A stretch of DNA of 64,000 nt from Anaeramoeba ignava BMAN (Eukaryota; Protista; Anaeramoebae). The notes under the pieces are model-generated. The model did no database searches, was not told the DNA's origin, and was given only the letters and a program-made list of their open reading frames with translations. Every line of letters begins with the position of its first letter. The stretch's first letter is position 1. This document shows positions 12,791 through 26,885 of the stretch, piece after piece. Position numbers and translations under genes: made by a program. Where the stretch lies: assembly GCA_028826165.1 (NCBI GenBank), contig JAPDFW010000125.1, forward strand, positions 248,001 to 312,000. Reading direction: 5' to 3'.

Positions 12791-15700
12791 ATGGCAGATA
12801 ATGTAAATTTCTTTAAAATTCAATTTAAAATTAAAATTCAAATTCAAATTAAATATTCAATTTCATTTATAAAATTAATATTAATATTAAAATTAAATTC
12901 AAAACTAAAATCAAAATTCAATTTAAAATTAAAATTAAAATTTAAATTAAAATTCATTTATAAAATTAATATTAAAATTAAAATTAAAATTAAAATTAAA
13001 TTTAAAATTAATATTCATTTATAAAATTTATATTAATATTAAAATTAAATTTAGAATTAAAATACAAATTAAAATTAAAATTAAAATTAAAATTAAAATT
13101 AAAATTAAAATTCAAATTCAAATTAAAATTAAAATTAAAATTCAAATTCAAATTAAATTTAAAATCAAAACTAAAAATAAAATTAATATTCAATTTAAAA
13201 TTAAAATTAAAATCAAAAATTAAAAATAAAATTAAAATTAAAATTAAAATAAAATTAAAATTAAAATAGAAAAATCCCGAAAATAATTCCGAACAAAGCG
13301 GAATCACAAATTTTCAAACCGATTTCCGAGATAGACAAGATGATTTTGAAGATGATGATTATGATGGATTTGATGACGACGATGACGATGATGATGAATA
13401 CGATGATGGAATAGTAGTTTTAGAAGATAATTTTGAAGAAGTAGAAACAGATTCATCTGAAGATGACACAGATAGCGATGATGATCATATTTTTAGTTCA
13501 CAAAGAGAAATAGAATTTTCACAAAATTCAGAATATTATTCTGATTTAAATCAAAAAGTTTTCCCAAATTGGACTGCTGATGAACCTATTGGTAAAGATA
13601 ATGGAATTTCTTATCAAAATGCTTATGATATTATTGCAGAATTTGTTGATCTACCAAATCCAAGATTTGTTTCAAAATTGGAGACATTTTTCTTATCTGA
13701 AAGTAAAATTAAAATTAAAATTAAAATTAAAATGAAATTAAAATTAAAATTAAAATTAAAATTAAATTAAAATTAAAATTAAAATTAAAATAATTAAAAT
13801 AATTAAATTTAAAATTAAAATTAAAATTAAAATTAAAATTAAAATAATTAAATTTAATTAAAATTTAAAATAGTTCCTTGCAGAATTCTTATTAATTTCA
13901 TTTCAAGACTCCCAAAAAAAGCTTTTCTAGATCCAAAAAATGAAAAATTAACAGATTCCATTTTTTCATCTGAAACTAATTTCAAACCAAAATTTTCAAT
14001 TGATGAACACTTTATCCCTTTCTCTTTTAAAAGAACTTCTTCATTACTTCTTGCTGATGATGAAGTAATTGAACCTGAAGAAGAAAAAGCACTCAAAAGA
14101 TCATCTGCAGTAATTTCACTACTTCTCTCACCAGGACGAAGTTCTAAAAATATTATTGAGCAAATGACACCAACAATTTGTAATTATTTTGAATACATTT
14201 TTAGTTTATAAATTTTTATAAATATATCTTCTAACATTTAATTTAGTATCCCAATTATCTTATGTTTTTCATCCAGAGGCTTTGGGAAGCATTATTCATT
14301 TTAGAACCCTCTTTGAATCTTTATTAACAACAATTCCCCTCAAAAAACATTGGAAAGTCTAAAACAAAATTCATTTGAAATTATGAGAATAATGTTCCAT
14401 TTTACTCACATACAAGAAGTATCAGAATCAATATGCACAATATTCTCTTTGGGAACATCTAAGAAATATAACTATATCCAACCAACACTTCAGTCGTTTT
14501 TCAGAGAACTCTCAAATTCTCCCACTTTTTTCTTACCAAATATTTTCAAGCAAATCATTTCACATCCAAATGGTGAATTATTTAAATATTTATTTTATTT
14601 TAATATTTATTTATTTATTTAAATATTTAGACTCTGATTCAAGAAATATTGGAGATTTTGTTTCTGTTTTAATTGATAAACTTTTATACAATTCACATGC
14701 TAATTTATTCTTCGAAAACACTTTTGCCACAAATCCTGATTTTGTTCAGAATATTATTAATGTTTTTCAAAATAACCAAAAACAATTTAATTCTGAACAA
14801 ATTTACCAATTTTTACGTCTCGTTCTTTTATTTCTTAAGAAAAGGTGAAAATTGATTTATTTTCCATTTTTTAAATTCTTAAAATTTAAATTTAAATTTA
14901 AAATTAAAAATAATTAGTCAAGAAGAATTATTTGATTTCTCAAATATTTTCGCTGGTCCTCAAAAAATTGATAACAATATTGCCTTCTTAAGAAAAGATA
15001 TTCTTTCCCAACTTCTTTTACATTCAAAGGATATTTGTGATTCCCTTGTTAAACCAAAAGCAGAAACAATTTCAAACATTGACAATTCTTCACCTGAAAA
15101 TTCTCAACCCAAAATTTTCTCGAGAAAATTCTACAATAAAAGATCAAGAAGACAAAAAAAGAAAATAAGAAAAGCATTAATTAAACAAGAAATACAAAAA
15201 AGGAAAATTTTATATTTTTATAGAAAAGAAAATCCAAATGAAAATGAAAATGAAAATGAAAATGAAAATGAAAAAGAAAAAGAAAAAGAAAAAGAAAAAG
15301 AAAGTCAAAATAATGATAACAATATTATTGTTGATGAAAAAAAAGAAATTATCCAATCAAATTCTGAATCTGATTTAAAATTGAATTTGGAAACTATTCA
15401 AATTGTCGAAATTATTGCTCAAATTGCAGATTTTGAACTGGAACTTCATGAATTTGGTCAGCTTAAAGATGAGCTATTATTTTCATCATTTACATTTGAA
15501 TTATGGGGTATTTTAATGGAATGGTTCTTTTCAAGCAAGTAAAATTTTAATCATTTCAAATATAAATAAGAAGTTTGGAATTTTATTTTAAATTTTTGAA
15601 ATTTGATTTTAGAAAAAACAATATTTATCACAATTTATTTTATCGAATTTTTGATGCTGCAGTTAAATTAGAACATAAAGAAAGTTTAGAAATAATTCTT

Positions 15701-17300
15701 TTCAAAACAGATTTTGTAACAAGATTAATCACAACATATCAAGAACAAATCAAAACAAACAGACATTGTTTAATTAGTGGATTTATCATACTTTTTTGTA
15801 ATGTTCTTCGGTTGAAATCTCAAACTCTTCCAAAAGATCATTATCTTCCAAAATTTTTAAATGATTTACAAATTTGGAAAGATTTCGAAGAAACTTTAAA
15901 TATTGAAACATCAAGACAATTACCAAACACATCAAGAATGATTTCAAAACCTCATTTCTCACCAAAACTATTTGAAAACAAAGAGATTAATTATCATATT
16001 CCAGGACATGGACTTGGTTCTGGTTGTAAGTTTTTATAATTTAAAAATTTATTTAAATTTATTTCAAAATTTATTTCAAAAATTTATTTCAAAATTTAAT
16101 TAAAAATTTATTTCAAAATTATTTCAAAATTTAATTCAAAAATTTATTTAAAAATTTATTTTAAAATTTATTTCAATATTTATTTAAATATTTATTTCAA
16201 AATTATTTAAAATTATTTCAAAATTTATTTTAAAATTTATTTCAAAATTTAATTTAAAATTATTTCAAAATTTATTTAAAAATTTATTTAAAAATTTATT
16301 TCAATATTTATTTTAAAATTTATTTAAAAATTTATTTCAAAATTTATTTCAATATTTATTTCAAAATTTATTTCAAATTAAAAATTTATTTCAAATTTAT
16401 TTCAATATTTATTTCAAAATTTATTTCAATATTTATTTAAAAATTTTATTTCAAAATTTTATTTTAAAATTTAATTTAAAATTTATTTTAAAATTTATTT
16501 CAAAATTTATTTCAAAATTTATTTAAAAATTTATTTTAAAATTTATTTTAAAATTTATTTCAAAATTTATTTCAAAATTTATTTTAAAATTTATTTAAAA
16601 ATTTATTTCAAAATTTATTTTAAAATTTATTTCAAAATTTAATTCAAAATTTATTTCAAAATTTATTTTAAAAATTTATTTTAAAAAATTTCAATATTTA
16701 TTTCAAAAAATTTATTTTTCAATAATTATTTCAAAAATTTATTTAAAAATTTAATTTAAAATTTATTTCAAAATTTATTTAAAAATTTATTTCAATATTT
16801 ATTTTAAAAATTTTATTTCAAAATTTTATTTTAAAAATTTATTTCAAAATTTATTTCAAAAATTTATTTTAAAATTTATTTCAAAATTTATTTCAAAAAT
16901 TTATTTAAAAATTTAATTATTTAAAAATTTATTTCAAAAATTTATTTTTATTTCAAAATTTATTTCAAAATTTATTTCAAAATTTATTTCAAAATTTATT
17001 TCAAAATTTATTTTAAAATTTATTTCAAAATTTATTTAAAAATTTATTTTAAAATTTATTTAAAAATTTATTTCAAAATTTATTTAAAAATTTATTTTAA
17101 AATTTATTTCAATATTTATTTAAAATTTATTTCAAAATTATTTCAATTTATTTCAAAAATTTATTTCAATATTTATTTAAAAATTTATTTTAAAAATTAT
17201 TTCAATATTTATTTCAAAATTTATTTCAATATTTATTTCAAAATTTATTTAAAATTTAATTTTTTTAGATGCACAAGGATTGGGTTTTTTCGATAAATAA
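12791..17300 (+). CDS. hypothetical helical protein with acidic N-terminus, weakly SAPS/PP6-regulatory-subunit-like; one apparent frameshift near 14325
   Basis: Exons 12791-12802, 13270-13702, 13874-14179, 14247-14572, 14631-14844, 14918-15538, 15613-16025 and 17269-17300, all GT-AG. LMEWFF..KNNIYHNLF, SGFIILFCNVL and WKDF resemble the SAPS C-terminal region. Confidence 0.65.
16040..17260 (+). repeat. intronic ~12-bp satellite (AAAATTTATTTC)n
   Basis: Fills intron 16026-17268. Confidence 0.93.
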
Positions 17301-17547
17301 GAGCTTATTATCTTCCTTTTATTTCTTCTTTAATTTTCCCTTTACTTCTTCTCTTTAATCTTTTACTCATTTTCATTCTTTTCTTTTCTTACTTTCTTCA
17401 TCTTTACTTTACTTTACTTTCTTCATCTTTACTTTTTTTTCCAACTCTTTTCTTTTTAAAGTTTTACTAAACAATAAACTTGATATTCCTTTCATAAAAA
17501 AAAATAATTTTAATTTTTTTCATTTTTTTCATTTCATTTTTTTCAAA

Positions 17548-19736
17548 ATGAATTTTATTGATTATTTAAATAATAAAGAATTATCAGATGTTCATTTATT
17601 AATTGGATCAAAAAGACAATTAATTTATGCGCATAAATTTTTACTTGCATCAAAAAGCAAAGTTTTCAAAGAACAAATTGAAAAACAAAACAAAATAATA
17701 ACTGAAATTACTTTAGATGTTGATCCCAAATTTTTACACTTTGTTTTAGTTTATATTTATTCAGGAAATTTAAATTTAAATTTAATTCAAGAAGAAAATG
17801 ATTTCCAGTCAAACATTCACAATATTTATTTGTTAGCAAATAAATTCTTAATTGAAAGTCTTCAAAAAGAATGTGAAAAGATAATGAAAGAAACAATATC
17901 AATTCAAAACTGCATTGATTTGATTATGTTATCAAAAAAAGAAGGAAATGAAAGTTTATTTAATTTCGCAATAAATTTTTTAGTTTCTAAAAAATGTATT
18001 GATCTTTGGAAAATGGAAAATTCGTTAAACAAGTTAAACAGAGATTTAATTCAAGAAATATTGAAAATAGAGTTTATTGAAATACCTGAAATTTTAGTTA
18101 TTCAAAGAGCTGTGGATTGGGCTTCTCAAAGTTTATCTTCTAATCAATCAATATCAATCAATCAATTTATTCAACCTTTCTTGAATTTTTTTAAATTTGA
18201 TATTTTAAATCTTTCTGAAATTAGTACAATTGCAAGACTTAATATTTTAGATGATAAAATTATTGTTCAATTAATATCTTCTCTTCCAAAAACACGAGAT
18301 CCACAAAAATCTCTTTCTCGAGATTCAACTTGGAAAAAACCATCAGAATTAGTATCAAACAAATTCAAAATTCAATTTAAAAATTCAAAATCAAAATCAA
18401 ATTCAAATTCAAAATTAAAATTAAATTCAAATTCAAAATTAAATTCAAAATTAAAATTAAATTCAAATTCAAAATTAAATTCAAAATCAAATTAAATTCA
18501 AAATCAAAATTAAATTCAAATTCAAATTCAAATTCAAATTAAAATTCAATTAAAATTCAAATTCAAATTAAATTCAAAATCCAAAATGAAATCAAAATTC
18601 AAATTAAAATTCAAAATTAAAATTCAAAATCAAAATCAAAATTAAATTCAAAATGAAATCAAAATTAAATTCAAATTCAAATTCAAAATTCAAATCAAAA
18701 TCAAAATCAAAATTAAATTCAAATTCAAATTAAATTCAAAATTAAATTCAATTCAAAATCAAAATTAAAATTCAAAATTAAAATTAAATCCAAATCAAAA
18801 TCAAATTTAAAATTAAAATTAAAATTAAATTCAAAATTAAATTCAAATTCAAATTCAAATTCAAAATTAAAATTAAATTCAAAATTAAAATTAAATTCAA
18901 AATCAAATTTAAAATTCAATTAAATTTAAAATTAAATTCAAAATTCAAAATTAAATTCAAAATTAAATTCAAAATTAAATTTAAAATTAAATTCAAAATT
19001 AAAATTAAAATTCAAATCCAAAATCAAAATCAAAACCAAATTAAAAAAATAGATCAAAATCCTCATACTTACAACAGCATCAGAAAAAAGAACACAAAAT
19101 CTTCTCGATTCAATCATTTCCACAAAAGAAATTCAAAATGTTGATATAATAAATGTTGAAAAAAGCACACCAAGCCTTGAAGATCTACTTCAATATGATG
19201 GAATATTTTTATTATTTCTAGAAAAACTACACAATTCAAGACTTTTAGGGGATATTTTATCAAAATATGTTGAACCAAACGAGAAAAACAACAACAAAGG
19301 AAAACCAATAGTAACATCTTCAATTTACACACTTGTTTCCAGTAATTATGCATCACTTACTGGCAGAATCATTGATGAGAATTTTTTCCCTTTAAAAAAA
19401 GGTGAGAATCAATGGGGAGGCATTTGGAAATTTGATCAAGGAAATGTTTTAGATCCTTCTCATCCAATCCTTCAAAATGTTTCTTCTTTTAATGGCGGTA
19501 CTTCTCCTGAATATATCAAACCTTGCATTCTTACTCATGACGCAAAAATTGTTGCTTTCTCTAATGATTCAACTCCTTTGATTCTTGAGAAAAAAATTGG
19601 TGAATCTTATGGTAAAGTTATTTTGTTAAATTTTTCCTTAATTTCAAATCAACTTGATAAAGATGGTTGGGATTCTACAACTGATGGTGCAAAAATTATT
19701 GCAAATTCTATTTCTTATGCTATTCAAAGAAAATGA
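17548..19736 (+). CDS. BTB/POZ-BACK protein with a C-terminal alpha/beta (class I GATase-like) domain, ~495 aa
   Basis: Exons 17548-18351 and 19053-19736 are in frame. BTB motifs LSDVHLLIG, IYAHKFLLASKSKVF, LVYIYSG. C-terminal motifs TPSLEDLLQYDGIF, LGDILSKYVE, HPILQNV, GKVILLNF, DGAKIIANSISY. Confidence 0.88.
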
Positions 19737-19862
19737 TTTTTTTTTTTTTGATCCACTTTTTTTTTTTTAAAAAGCAAAAATTAAAAAAAATTTTTTTTTT
19801 CTTCCGTTTTTTTTTTTAATAAAAAACTAAATCCAAAATTAAAATTTTCTTTTATTTTCTTT

Positions 19863-21684
19863 TTAAAAATCATAATTTTCCATTTTAGTCATAAAATTAT
19901 TTTTTGGAACTCTAAAACTTGGAACATCTCCACTAATTTTTGATTTTAAATCTTTTTTTTTCTCTTTTTTAAGTTTTTTTTGAAGTTTTTCTTCGAATTG
20001 TTGAGGATCTTTTTGAAATAAATATAATTTATTAGAAATTGTGAAACCAGAAGAAAATTCATTTTGATAAAAATTAATAAGTTTTTGATATAAATCTTTT
20101 TTTTCATTATTAATTTGTTGAATTTTTTCAATTTGGAAAATTTTATTAAGAGTTAATCGAGAATTTGGATTTGGATCCAAAAGAGCGTTTATAATTTCGA
20201 TAATTTGAGGTGATCTTTCAATATTATATTTTAATTTGGTAAGTTTTTGAGTTCTTTGTATTTTTTTGATTTGCCTTTCAAAAGTATCTTCATCAACATT
20301 TGAAGAAATTCTATATAGTGTTGCTCCCAAACTAAAAAGATCATTTGAAAAATTTGCTGTAATTTTTTGAGATTCTTTTTGTAAGATTTCTGGTGAAAGA
20401 TATTGTGCATCTCCTTCAAATCGTATTTGATCTCCTTTTTGTTTTAAAAGTCCAAAATCTCCTAGTTTTAAAATTGTCATTGTATTTCCTTCGATTGTTA
20501 TTTGGTGAATTAATATATTTTCTGGTTTTAGATCTAAATGGACATAATTTTTTTCATGTATAGCTGTAAGAGCCTAAATATTTTAAATATTTTAAATATT
20601 TATTTTAGATATTTATTGAATATTTATTTTTAATATTTATTTTAAATATTTATTTTAGATATTTATTTATTTATTTTAAATATTTATTTTTAATATTTAT
20701 TGAATATTTATTTATTGAATATTTATTTATTGAATATTTATTTTTAATATTTATTTTAAATATTTATTTTAAATATTTATTTAATATTTATTTATAATTT
20801 TTTTGAATATGTTAAAGTTATTATTGATTTGGTCATAAAATCTCATCATATTTTCATCAAATTTTCTTATTAATTGATAATTATTTTAATAAAAAATTTA
20901 AAACTACAAAAAAAAATTTTTTTTTCACAGATAGCAAATATAATTTAAAAATCTAAATATAATTTAAAAATAAAATCTTTACTAAAGAAATTTGATAAAG
21001 AAGATCCCAAATAAAATCATCTGAAATATCATTAAGATTTGATTGAAAATCAATAAAGTCTTGAAGAGATTTCGAATTACAATATTCAATTTGAGAATAA
21101 ATTTTTCCTTGATTTTCCCAGATAGCATAAAAATTAACAATATGAAGTAAAGGAATTGTGATTTCTGAATTAAAAATATTCAAAATAGCTTGAATTTCTT
21201 TTAACCGATCAAGAACTTCAGGAATTGATTTAAAAACATGTAAAGACTCTTTAATTGCATATATTTTTTGATCCTTTATTGATATAACTGAAATAACATT
21301 ACTAAATTTCCCAGATCCTAATCTCTCTTTGAATAAAAAATGTTGTTGAATTGCTAAAGATTTATTTTTTAATTTTAAAAAAAGAATAAATAAAAAGATC
21401 AGTTTAATTAAAATTTAATTTGATTTTTTTTTGAATTTGATTTAAGTTCAATTTATTTTTGATTTATATTTCCTTTTTTAAAACGAAATCAAATTCCGTT
21501 AAATTTTTGATTTATTTCTTTTGTTTTTTTTTTCTTTCTTTTTTAAATTGATCTTACAAATAGAGTTTGTGTCTCCAAAACGAGATATTAACGTTCCTAA
21601 CTTAAATTTTTGCATAAATCGATTTTCAGAAACAGGAGTTGGTGGTGGATTTATTTTTTTATATTTATTTGATCTTTGAATCAT
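19863..21684 (-). CDS. Wee1/Myt1-family protein kinase, ~402 aa
   Basis: Exons 21684-21558, 21353-20983 and 20573-19863. Motifs LGSGKFSNV, YAIKES, VHLDLKPENI, KLGDFG, EGDAQYLSPE (the EGD activation loop is typical of Wee1/Myt1). Confidence 0.88.
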
Positions 21685-22392
21685 CTAAATAAAAGAAAAA
21701 TAAATAAAAGAAAATGAATAAAAGAAAAAAATGAAAAAAAAAATGGAAAAAAAAAAGTTATTATTTGGAAATGAGTTGTTTTTACAATTTTAAAACTTTT
21801 TTTATTTTATTTAAGAATTCACCTTTTGTTTAAAAAGTAAATTTAAAAAGTAAAATTAAATTTGTTTTTTGTTTATTTTTTTGTTAAATTATTGTTAAAA
21901 TAATAAACAAAAAAAAGGGAAAAAAAGAGAAAAAAAGCAAAAAAAAAAATGAATTAAAAAAAATTTTTTTTGTTTTTTTATATTTTTTTTTTCCAATTAA
22001 ATTTTTAAAAAAAAAAAACAATAAATATTAATAAAATAAATCAATTTTTTTATTTAAAATATATTTAAAGAAATTGATCAAATTAAAAAATTTTTAATTT
22101 ATTATTTTTTTTTCAATTAATTTTTAATTAAAAAATTTTGTTATTAGATTCTTTATTTAAATTTTTTTTTTCTCACTTCAAATGGATCAATAAAAATAAA
22201 TTTAAATTTAAAAATAAAAATAAAAATAAATTTAAAAATATAAAATAAAACAAATTTAAAATAGATTTAATTTTTTGGATTTAGAAAGATTTTTATAAAA
22301 AAGTCGAAAAATTTTTGAAAAGAAAAAAGATCCAAAAAAAAGAAAAGAAAAGAGAAGAAAAGAAAAGAAAAAAGATTTGAAAAGAAAAAAAA

Positions 22393-25202
22393 TTAATTTT
22401 GTTTCTAAAAAGATTAAAAATAAAAAGATTAATAAATTAATAAATAAAGATTTTGAATGAAAAAAATTTTTTTTATTTGAAAAAAGAAACAAACCTCAAA
22501 AGCAGATTGAATAAATATTCTTTTTCCTTGAACAATTTGACCGTTTAATTTAAGAGCTTTTAGTTGATCTTCATGTGTTTCAAAGTTAACAAATCCAAAA
22601 CCTCGAGATCTTTGATTTAATCCATAAGCAATTCTTGCTTCTTTAACTGATAAACTTTTAAATATTTCTTTTAATTGTTCACTTGTTAAATTGTCTGAAA
22701 TATTTGAAACATGGATTTCCGTTTCACTTTTTTTTACTGGTTTTTTTCTTTGTCTTCTTTGATTTTGTTGCATTCTTGGTGGAACAACAAATACTGGAAA
22801 CATCTAAATTAATTTTAATTTTGATTTTGAATTTGAATTTGAATTTAAATATTAATTTGAATTTTAATATTAATTTGAATTTGAATTTGAATTTTGAATT
22901 TGAATTTGATTTTGATTTTGAATTTGAATTTATTTTCAATTTTAATCTGAATTTAAATTTTAAATTTGAATTGAATTTAAATTTGAATTTTGATTTGAAT
23001 TTGAATTTGAATTTGATTTTGAATTTGATTTTGAATTTTAATATTAATTTGAATTTGAATTTTGAATTTTGAATTTGAATTTGGATTTGAATTTGAATTT
23101 TGAATTTGAATTTTGAATTTTAATCTTGATTTTTGAATTTGAATTTTGAATTTGAATTTGAATTTTGAATTTTGAATTTGAATTTATTTTCAATTTTAAT
23201 CTGAATTTAAATTTTAAATTTGAATTTAAATTTTAAATTTGAATTGAATTTAAATTTGAATTTTAATCTGAATTTAAATTTTAAATGGAAACAAGCTAGA
23301 TGAGAAAATATTGCTAAAAGATTTCAAAATAATTGAAGTGCAAACATATGGATTATAATAAAATTGAGAAGGATTTCTTGGACGTTGTAATCCTCTCATT
23401 GATCCTCTCATTGATCCTCTCATTGGTCTGTTCATTGGTCTGTTCATTGGTCCTCTCATTTGTCTGTTCATTGGTCTTCTCATTGATCCTCTCATTGGTC
23501 TTCTTGTTTGAAATCCACGAGATCTATTTTTACTTTTTGAAATCTCGACATGGATTTCTCTATTATCAATTTCTTTTTTATTCATTTGCTTTACTATTTC
23601 ATCTGGATCTGAGCATTTAAGATCAACAAATCCATAACTTGAAGAAAGATCACCTCGTCGAATAATTTTAGATCGAATTCTACAATTAATTTATTTAATA
23701 TTTAATATTTAATATTTATTTAATATTTAATATTTATTTATTATTTAATATTTATTTAATATTTAATATTTATTTATTATTTAATATTTATTTAATATTT
23801 AATATTTATTATTTAATATTTATTATTTAATATTTAATATTTAATATTTATTTAATATTTATTTAATATTTATTATTTATTATTTAATATTTAATATTTA
23901 TTTATTATTTAATATTTAATATTTATTTATATTTAATATTTATTATTTAATATTTAATATTTATTATTTATTATTTAATATTTAATATTTATTATTTATT
24001 ATTTAATATTTATTTAATATTTATTATTTAATATTTAATATTTATTTATTATTTAATATTTATTTAATATTTATTTAATATTTAATATTTATTATTTAAT
24101 ATTTAATATTTAATATTTAATATTTAATATTTAATATTTAATATTTAATATTTAATATTTAATATTTATTTAATATTATTTAATATTTAATATTTATTTA
24201 TTTAATATTTAATATTTGATATTTAATATTTGATATTTAATATTTAATATTTAATATTTAATATTTATTATTTAATATTTAATATTTAATATTTGTTATT
24301 TATTATTTATTTAATATTTTAATATTTATTTTATTTTAATATTTAATATTTATTTTATTTGTTTAATATTTATTTAATATTTAATATTTAATATTTAATA
24401 TTTATTATTTAATATTTAATATTTAATATTTATTATTTAATATTTAATATTTAATATTTAATATTTGTTTTAATATTTAATATTTATTATTTAATATTTA
24501 TTTAATATTTATTTAATATTTAATATTTAATATTTAATATTTAATTAATATTTAATATTTAATATTTAATTAATATTTAATATTTAATATTTAATATTTA
24601 TTATTTATTTAATATTTAATATTTAATATTTATTATTTATTTAATATTTAATATTTATTTAATATTTATTATTTAATATTTATTGTTTTAATATTTATTT
24701 AATATTTATTATTTAATATTTAATATTTAATATTTAATATTTATTATTTAATATTTAATATTTAATATTTAATATTTAATATTTATTTAATATTTATTAT
24801 TTAATATTTATTGTTTAATATTTATTTAATATTTAATATTTAATATTTAATATTTAATATTTAATATTTAATATTTAATATTTAATATTTAATATTTAAT
24901 ATTTAATATTTAATATTTAATATTTAATATTTATTGGAAGTGAATTTAAAATAGTTTCAATTAATCAAATAACTAAAATAACTTGAAAAAAAACTTAAAT
25001 TTCGTTTTAAATAAAAAGTACTAAATGAACTAAAAAAAAATAAAAGAAATTCTTACACTTTTCCTAAACTTGAAAATTCTTTTTCAAGATTTTCTTCTGT
25101 TGTTGCAAAAGAAAGATTTCCAATATAAAAAGTATTAATTTTTTCATTATTTAATGCTTCTTTAGGCTTTTCTAATTCATTATCATTTTGAGAAGTGGAC
25201 AT
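22393..25202 (-). CDS. two-RRM RNA-binding protein with an R/G/P/M-rich linker, ~266 aa
   Basis: Exons 25202-25057, 23679-23346, 22803-22495 and 22404-22393. RNP2 FYIGNLSF and IHVSNIS; RNP1 SYGFV and RGFGFVNF. Confidence 0.88.
23690..24935. repeat. intronic (TATTTAA)n satellite
   Basis: Fills most of RRM intron 23680-25056. Confidence 0.93.
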
Positions 25203-25539
25203 TCTATTTAAAAAAAAATTAATAAAGAAAAATTAATAATAAAAAAAATTAATAATAAGAAAAAGGAAGAAAAAAGAAATTAATAAAAATAAAAACATAC
25301 GAACTAAAAATAGTAATTTATTTAAAAATTATAAAATGAAAAAAATGAAAAAAAATGAAAAAAATAAAAATAATTTTTTTTCCTTTTTTTTTTTATTATT
25401 AAAATTCTTTATGATTAAGAAACAAAAAACAAAAAATAAAAACTTATCTTATTTTAATTCTGAATTAGATAAAAAAAAAAGCAAAAAAAAAAAGTGGACT
25501 AAAAAAAAAAGCAAAAAAAAAAACAACAAAAAAAACAAG

Positions 25540-26762
25540 TCAAATTAAATTTTCTTTTTTCAACCAAGTATAAAAAGATTTAAAACCATTCAAATGGTCA
25601 AAAGCCATTGGAAGAGTTTGAGAATTAATAACGGCATTTAAATCTTTATCAAAATTAAGACCCAAAACAGTAGAAAGAGGAACAAACATTGCTTCAGCAG
25701 CATCATCACCACCTTTTGGTTCTTGATTTGGATCAACCATCTCAACGCTATAAAAAATAGAGATTGTATGTCCGCGAGGATCTCGATCTGGCGCCCCTCG
25801 AACGTCAAATAATATTGGGTTTTTTCCGTCTAGATTTGTTTCTTCTTTTAATTCTCGAAGAACTGCATCTTTTGGATCTTCTCCATAATCAACAAATCCT
25901 CCACAAAATGCATAATATCCTTTAAATGGATCATTTTTTCTTTTTACAACTAATACTTCTATTTCTGAGTTTTTGATTCGATAAATTGCTGCATCCTTAA
26001 ATTTTAATATAAATTTTATAAATGAATTTTGATTTTAATTTTGATTTTATAAATGGATTTTAATTTTAATTTTAATTTTGATTTTATAAATGGATTTTAA
26101 TTTTAATTTTGATTTTAATTTTAATTTTAATTTTAATTTTAATTTCAATTTCAATTTTAATTTTAATTTTAATTTTGATTTTGATTTTAATTTTATAAAG
26201 GATTTTAATTTTAATTTTAATTTTAATTTTAATTTTAATTTTAAAATAAATTTTAAATAATTCTTAAATTTAATTTTTATTTTTGATTTTTATAAATAAA
26301 TTTTTAATTTAAGTTTTGATTTGTATTTTGATTTTGTATTATTTTGATTTGTATTTTTGATTTTGATTTTTGTATTTTTGATTTCAATTTGTATTTCAAT
26401 TTTAATTTTAATTTTGATTTTAATTTTAATTTTAATTTTGATTTTTAAATTTTGTTAAATGGAATTTTGATTTCAATTTGAATTTTGATTTGTATTTTGA
26501 TTTGTATTTTGATTTGTATTTTAATTTGTATTTTGATTTGTATTTTGATTTGTATTTTGATTTTAATTTGTATTTTGATTTGTATTTTGATTTGTATTTT
26601 GATTTGTATTTTAATTTGTATTTTGATTTGTATTTTAATTTGTATTTTGATTTGTATTTTGTATTTTAATTTTGTATTTTGATTTGTATTTTGATTTTAA
26701 TTTCAATTTGATTTGAAATAAATATTTACAACTGTAACTGCTGGTCTCTTATAAAATGTCAT
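25540..26762 (-). CDS. Nudix hydrolase, ADP-ribose pyrophosphatase-like (prokaryotic type), 162 aa
   Basis: Exons 26762-26730 and 25995-25540 give RPAVTV|DAAI...VKRKNDPFKGYYAFCGGFVDYGEDPKDAVLRELKEETNL (Nudix box), RDPRGHTIS, GDDAAEA and MAFDH. Confidence 0.92.
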
Positions 26763-26885
26763 TAAATTCAAATAGAAAAAAGAATTGAAAGAAAAAAAAT
26801 GAAAAAAATTATTTTCATTTTTTTTCCATTTTTTTTGATAATTTTTTATTATTTCTCACTTTTTTTTTACTTTTATTTTATAAAT

